Position numbers and translations under genes: made by a program | DNA from: Paraspadella gotoi | Lineage: Eukaryota > Animalia > Chaetognatha | DNA: 64,000 nt | Reading direction: 5' to 3' | Assembly (NCBI GenBank): GCA_051294375.1 | Contig: CM119267.1 | Span: 20,151,476 to 20,215,475, forward strand | The notes under the pieces: generated by a model | Told to the model about the DNA's origin: nothing | Databases searched by the model: none | The model's input: only the letters and a program-made list of their open reading frames with translations | Shown: piece after piece, positions 58,432 through 64,000 of the stretch | How positions within the stretch are numbered: position 1 is the stretch's first letter | Layout: each line of letters opens with the position of its first letter

Positions 58432-59945
58432 CCAACTCCCCAAAACATCCTCACCGAAAAACGAAGCAGCTCTCAGCGGGCCGGGCGACCCTACCCTCGG
58501 CGGGTGGGACCGCCTAAATGTTGGCGAGGCCAGGGGCGATCTCCGTGCCGTGGGCGAGGCGGGGGCGGAGGGGCAGCCTCTCAGGGGCGCGGAGGAAGGG
58601 CGACCCGTCGCCGAAGTCGGTGTGGGCAAATGATGATGAAGGTGATGCTGAGGATGTGCGGTTGGGTGATGGTGATGGGGCTGGATCTGGATGGGCTTTC
58701 GTCCGAACTGCGGAGAGACTAGAGGCGACGAAGGAGACGGCGGGGAAAGGCCTTCGGGCTTCGTCGGCGCCCAGCGGACGAGGCGATGCGAATGCTGGTG
58801 CTGTTGATGCTGTTGATGCGAGTGTTGATGGAGAAGCGGCGGGGCGCTGCGGGTGGAGACGTTGGACGACGACGCCGACGTCGACAGCGATTGAGTCGCG
58901 AAGGGAAAGGATCCGTCCGTCGAACCAAGACGATTCTGACGCTTGACGCTGCGGCGTCCGCTGCGGCCGGCGCTGCCGACGCTACCGACGCTGCCTGAGC
59001 TGCCGGAGGCGACGATTCCGCCGCTCGAAGCGCCGACGACGACGCCGGAAGTGGGCGAGGTGGCGCTACGAGTCAACGGCGCCGGCGGCGGCGGCGAGGA
59101 TCTAGACCGCGCCGACGACGACGCCGCCGACGGTTCGGAAGACGATTCGGATTCGGACGACGACGCCGACGACGAAATCGACGAGTCCAACGCCTCGCAA
59201 GAGTCGTTCTTAGACGCCGAGATGGAACCGGATGCGGAGATGGAACCGGAAACGGAAGTGGAGGCGGAGAAGCGGGAGACGAAAAGGAGAGGATGGTCGG
59301 TGATGCCGGCGCCGCGAAGTGGAGGATTGGCGGGTTGGTGGGGAGGTACGGGTGGATGGTTTTGAGGTGGGAATTTGGGGGGAGTCGGGGATTGATCGAG
59401 CGCGGCGGGTTCAGCGTCGGCTGCGGCGTCGGCTGCGGCGTCGGCTTCCCCAGTTTTGACGCGTCGATCCGAGTTTAATTCGCTCGGTTCGGAATTCCTA
59501 TTACATCCCGAAGTTTGCCAGGTCGAGTTACATCCGGAATCCGATTGTTTTGAATTACATCCGTCTTTGAACGAACCGCATCCGGGTTCCGAGTCTGACG
59601 GGAGACGAGAAGGAGAAAGTGGAAGCGGAGAGGACGAAGCGAGAGGACATTCCGGAGAGAGAGGAGGAAGAGGAGGAGCTGGGTCGGGAGGCGGCTGCTG
59701 GGTGGGCTGCGGCGACCGGTTTCGACGCTGCGCCCGCTGCGGCCGCGGCGGCGACCCTCGCCGCTGCATGGTTTCCCCCGATTGGGCAGGTTCGTCCGAG
59801 GACGAACTTTTTTTATTTTTCGACTCGAGATTATGACTTTCCGCTAAGGAGGACGCGGCGGACGCAGCCGACGCCGTCGCTGCCGCCGCCGAGACGGACG
59901 CTGCGGTCTTGACGTTTTGTTGCGATGTCAAACGAGTTGTCGATT
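58432..59945 (-). CDS. Large Ser/Pro/Ala-rich coding exon, probably an N-terminal exon of the PDE4 locus
   Basis: 1.5-kb GC-rich open frame between acceptor tttcag| (59945) and donor tgg|gtaagt (58432). Same strand and composition as the 52719-51437 exon; no recognisable domain. Its phase-0 end does not fit the phase-1 start at 52719. Confidence 0.65.
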
Positions 59946-61489
59946 CTGAAAGATAAGACGATTATCGATTGTTAATCGAATTATGTTACGGTGGTCAATG
60001 GACATTGGGTCATTGGACAATGGGTTTTTGGACATTGGGTCATTGGACAATGGGTAAAAAGTTAATTTCGAACATCGTTGTCGGGAAGAAACTTTCGTTG
60101 ATTCGTTTGATCCCTCACCGTCAGAATTTCATTTTTGTGCTGTTAAGTCGCGGTGCACAGTCTCGCTGCGAAAATTTTTATTCACGCTTATTCTCATGCA
60201 AAATTCTTACCTATGTGTGACCAAAATTTTTTGTTCTGTCTGATTACTAACACTATGCCTTATATTCGACGAACATAGGCTCTCTTTACCAGACTGATTT
60301 TCATCAGTAAGATCGCAAAAGATAATCAAAATATGTAAAAAATCAGGCTAAAAGTAGTCTTAAAACGGTTGACAAAATATCTTACCATTGTTATTGTAAT
60401 TGATCTGGTTAAACTTGCTCATTTAAAAAAAAGTTATATTCAAACTCAATTTATTACTAGAATCAAGAGCTATCTTTTAAACCTTATTTTTTCATTTAAA
60501 GGAAATTTAAGGCATAAACAATCAACCAAATATCTCTAAATCAGAAATGACAAAACAATATTGCTTTTTTTTCTAGTTTTTATATTCATTTTGTGGCTGT
60601 GACTTGTTTGGCGTTTTAAGAAAGATCTAAAGAGACATTTTTTGGGAAAAGCATCTTCTTAAACTTTTAGGTATAAAATTTTTATAAAAATATTTTAAGT
60701 TTTAGTATACTAAAATGATTTTTTAATTAATTAAAAAGTTGAATATTTTAAATTTTAGAAAAAAACATTTCTCATGGAGAATTATAAATAAGGAACTTGA
60801 GAAATAATTTTGCATTTGAAAAAAATTCAGATTTTTCCCAATCGATTTTGTCACAATCTGATGTTTTTATTTTTTGATTTTATTTATTTTTTATGCAAAA
60901 TTATAATTCTTCGTGAGCATGGTCTGAAAAAGTTATTTTTTTAAATTTTTCGTTTTTTATTTTTTTTTCTATTATGTTTTCCAATAAGTTATTCAAGGGG
61001 ATATGGAGGACAGTTTTTCTTATCTTATGTTATTGTGATCATTTGCTATTAATTTTATGAATCATTACTTTTTAATAATTAAATACGTAATGTTTTTTAT
61101 ATTAAAAAAAATTAATAAGTTTTTTCTCCTTATAAACATTGAAAAGAATTATTTTTTAATGTATCAAAGACTATAATTATAGAAATGATAATTATTGTCA
61201 ATATTAACAAAAGAAAATGAAAGGTGAATTTGGAATGTTTATGGCCAAACAAGCTGAGTAAGTAAGCAAAAGTTCTGAAATTGAGCAGAAACAAAAGAAA
61301 AAAGCGACAGAGAAAGAGTGAGGCAAAGAGATGAGAGCAAAAGAGCCAAAACAAAAGTAGAGAGAGAATTCTGATTGTTGTTTAAGAAGCGAAGGATTGC
61401 ACGTTCGAGGCTACCACAAATATTTTTTTTTTCGTAACCAGGAGACATCAGATAAGAAAGATATTGAATGTGACTTGAATTGATTGATT

Positions 61490-62050
61490 AATAAATTAAT
61501 TAATAGATAAATAAATTGATTTATTGAACAATAAATTGATTAAATTGACTGATTTAATTAAATTATTGAATAATTAATTGAATTAATTAACTGATTAATT
61601 ATTGATTAATTAATACATCTTGTATTTCAAATCGCGATCTGCCCATGGTCATTATTAATTAATAATAATTAATTAATAATTCATTCAAGTTAATAATTAA
61701 TAATTAATTCAAAGTTGCATTAATTATTTAATTATTTATAATTAATTTATTCAAAGTTATTCAAGTTATTGATTTGAAATGTTTGTTTTGATTTATTAAT
61801 AGACTGATTAATTAATTATTGATAAATTAATTGACTAATTGATTAATTAACTGATTAATTATTTGATTAATTAATACATCTTGTATTTCAAGTCGATTTG
61901 CCCATGGTTATTATCGGTAATTAATTAATTAATTAATAATTAATTAATAATTAATCAAGTTAATTAATTATTTAATTAATTAATAATTAATTTATTCAAG
62001 TTAATTATTTAATTAATTAGGCAATAATTAATTGATCCAAAATGTTTGTT
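61490..62050. repeat. AT-rich ~260-bp tandem repeat
   Basis: taatacatcttgtatttcaa..cgat.tgcccatggt.att recurs at ~61611 and ~61873; aatgtttgttttgatt recurs at ~61778 and ~62041. Confidence 0.8.
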
Positions 62051-62650
62051 TTGATTGATTGGACTGATTAATTAATTAATTGATAAATTAATTGCCTAAT
62101 TGATTATTAACTGATTAATAATTTTATTAATTATATTCCATCTTCAGAATTTACATTTTAAAGAAAAAGAAAAAGAAGCATAATCTTAAGCATAAAACAG
62201 GTTTTTGTTTTTCTCACATTTAAACATCATTTTCCACTCCAACGATTCCATCGAAACTTGAAATTTCCAGTTTAAATCACAACTTTCTACCACATACAAA
62301 ATTTCACGTAAGCTCCCATCAAATAGTGAAATATATTTTTTGTTTTCCATAAAACTCATTTCCACCTCGGACGATCCATCAAACCTCATATCCAGCTCAA
62401 GCACACACTTCCCTACCCCACACACAAAATATTTCATTCCAATCCAATCCATCCAATCACGAGTAATTTGTATTTTTGTTTAGAGGTGGGACGGACGGAC
62501 GGACATCATTTTTTTTTGGGATAATTTTCATAATTTGATTTCTGGACATGATATAATGACCATGGCCCGTCAAGATGTGAGTGGGCGACCACACCCGACC
62601 CAAAGTAAATTATAAAGTCGGCGATCTCTGAAAGCAGACCAACCAAAAAA
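62050..62650 (+). mobile_element. Second copy (direct repeat) of 57145-57820, HINE/DINE-like
   Basis: Same order of blocks: taattaa tract, aaaagaagcata..aaaacaggttttt, two aaactcatttccac units, ggacggacggacggacatcatttttt and a degenerate terminal hairpin. A further unit fragment lies at ~63180-63280. Confidence 0.7.
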
Positions 62651-64000
62651 ATAAAAAGAAAAAGTGAACGAGAAAAAAAGAACGAAATTAAAACCTGAAT
62701 ATTTGCGAGAAGACGAGACGAGCCACCACCCCAAAATCGTGGTTTTCGGAACCAATCAACCTCAGACGGAATGCCAGTCAAGTAGCGCAGGAAGAAAACT
62801 TTTTCATTGGACAAATAAAACGATCAAGCAGAAGGAAGAGAGAGATAGCTAATATTGTAATTTTAAAAGAGAGAGAATAGAGAGAGAGAATAAAATAAAA
62901 TGAGGGGGAAATTTGTTAATTTTTATTTTATTTTTATAATTTTATATAAAATATTTCTCATTCTCTAATTATTTCTTTTTTTTTTCATTTTTTTTTTTTT
63001 TTTATTTTTTTTTTTATATATTTTTCTTTTTAAAACAGTAAACCAAACATATTAATAACTGTCCCACCCCCAATTTCAAGGACCTCGGACAACAACGCAA
63101 CAACGACGATGACGACGCCCATTTATTACAACGTTAAAAATACAAATTAAATTTAATAAACTCAAATGATCTTTACTTTCTAATTAAAACTTACTCCACT
63201 AGCTGATTCCATTGAAATTTGAATTCCAGCCTCAATGAACCAGTTTTTTAATCACGGACAAAATTTCAACTCAAATTGAATTTATCAAACATAAGTAATA
63301 AGACTTGAAAGGTATGGGAGAAAAGACGGAAGACAGACAGATGGACAGACAAATGTTTAAAGTTTTTGATTATCAAACTGACAAGCTTAAACAAAGGAGA
63401 TTTCTGACTGCCATTTGTTTTTTTAAGAAGATATGTTTATCCCACGATTATAGAATAAAACCAATCTTCTTTATTAGTTTGAATTCTGACGACATTTATG
63501 TTATTTAACTGTAATCTGAGAGCATTAAAAAGATTTTGCATTAATTTTTATAATAACATTCACGGAGTACATGACCTAGGATGAGAAAAATAAAAAATGA
63601 AAAAATCAATAATGAAATTTCTTTTTTATAACTGCATAGTTTATTCTACGAGACTGTACATCGCGTCTTAAACCTCTTATTTCTTTAGACCCCGTTCTTT
63701 CTTTGTTTTCTCATTTTCTTTAATTTAGCAAAGTATTTTAGAAATAGATACCCAATTGTTGACCAGGACTAAGACGACACGAAGAAGCGTGCGGTTTGAA
63801 TTTCCCGTCCCGTCCCAATTGCTTCTTTCTTTTTCGTCCCATTTCAGGAAACCGGATGATCCAGTTCGTTGACCCGATTTCAGAACGAGATTCGCCAATG
63901 TCCCGGCTTGTTTTATGACACAAAAGGCAATGCGGTTGCTTCTTTAAAATGTTAGTGAGATAGTCGAGACTTTTATAACTTATAAAAGCTTGTACTATTG

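Noticed and set aside
39033-59912. + strand ORFs overlapping PDE4 exons (e.g. 39033-39575, 46904-47302, 51515-52606, 58504-59912)
   Set aside because: Shadow frames of GC-rich - strand exons.

Overview
AT-rich genomic DNA from a eukaryote, very probably an invertebrate animal. It has GC- and CpG-rich exons, GT-AG introns, many (GA)n/(GAAA)n/(GAC)n microsatellites, N-gaps, and stretches that look like raw long-read sequence. Five spliced genes can be built by hand. (1) Class I fructose-bisphosphate aldolase (- strand, 8671-11423, 7 coding exons, 360 aa). (2) A secreted M14A zinc carboxypeptidase (+ strand, 16418-~32906) that seems to lack a pro-domain, has a hydrophobic tail and carries several frameshifts. 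(3) A GPI-type Ly6/uPAR three-finger gene nested antisense in a carboxypeptidase intron (18898-23383). (4) An ankyrin-repeat + C3HC4-RING E3 ligase with a candidate N-myristoylation motif (+ strand, 34336-37225). (5) A long PDE4/dunce cAMP phosphodiesterase (- strand, 39108 to at least 52719, probably to 59945) with UCR1/UCR2, a likely GC-AG intron and candidate alternative 5' exons. There are three tRNA genes: Ile-AAT, Asn-GTT, and a Val-CAC with a remodelled acceptor stem. All three lie antisense in (probable) introns. Repeat structure includes a ~4.1-kb palindrome (1935-6045), a ~1.9-kb inverted duplication 53 kb apart, inverted repeats around aldolase, a hAT-like MITE and Helentron/DINE-like elements. 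Some inverted structures and frameshifts may be assembly artefacts. Most ORFs in the supplied track are microsatellite read-throughs. All gene models were derived by eye; no database searches were run.
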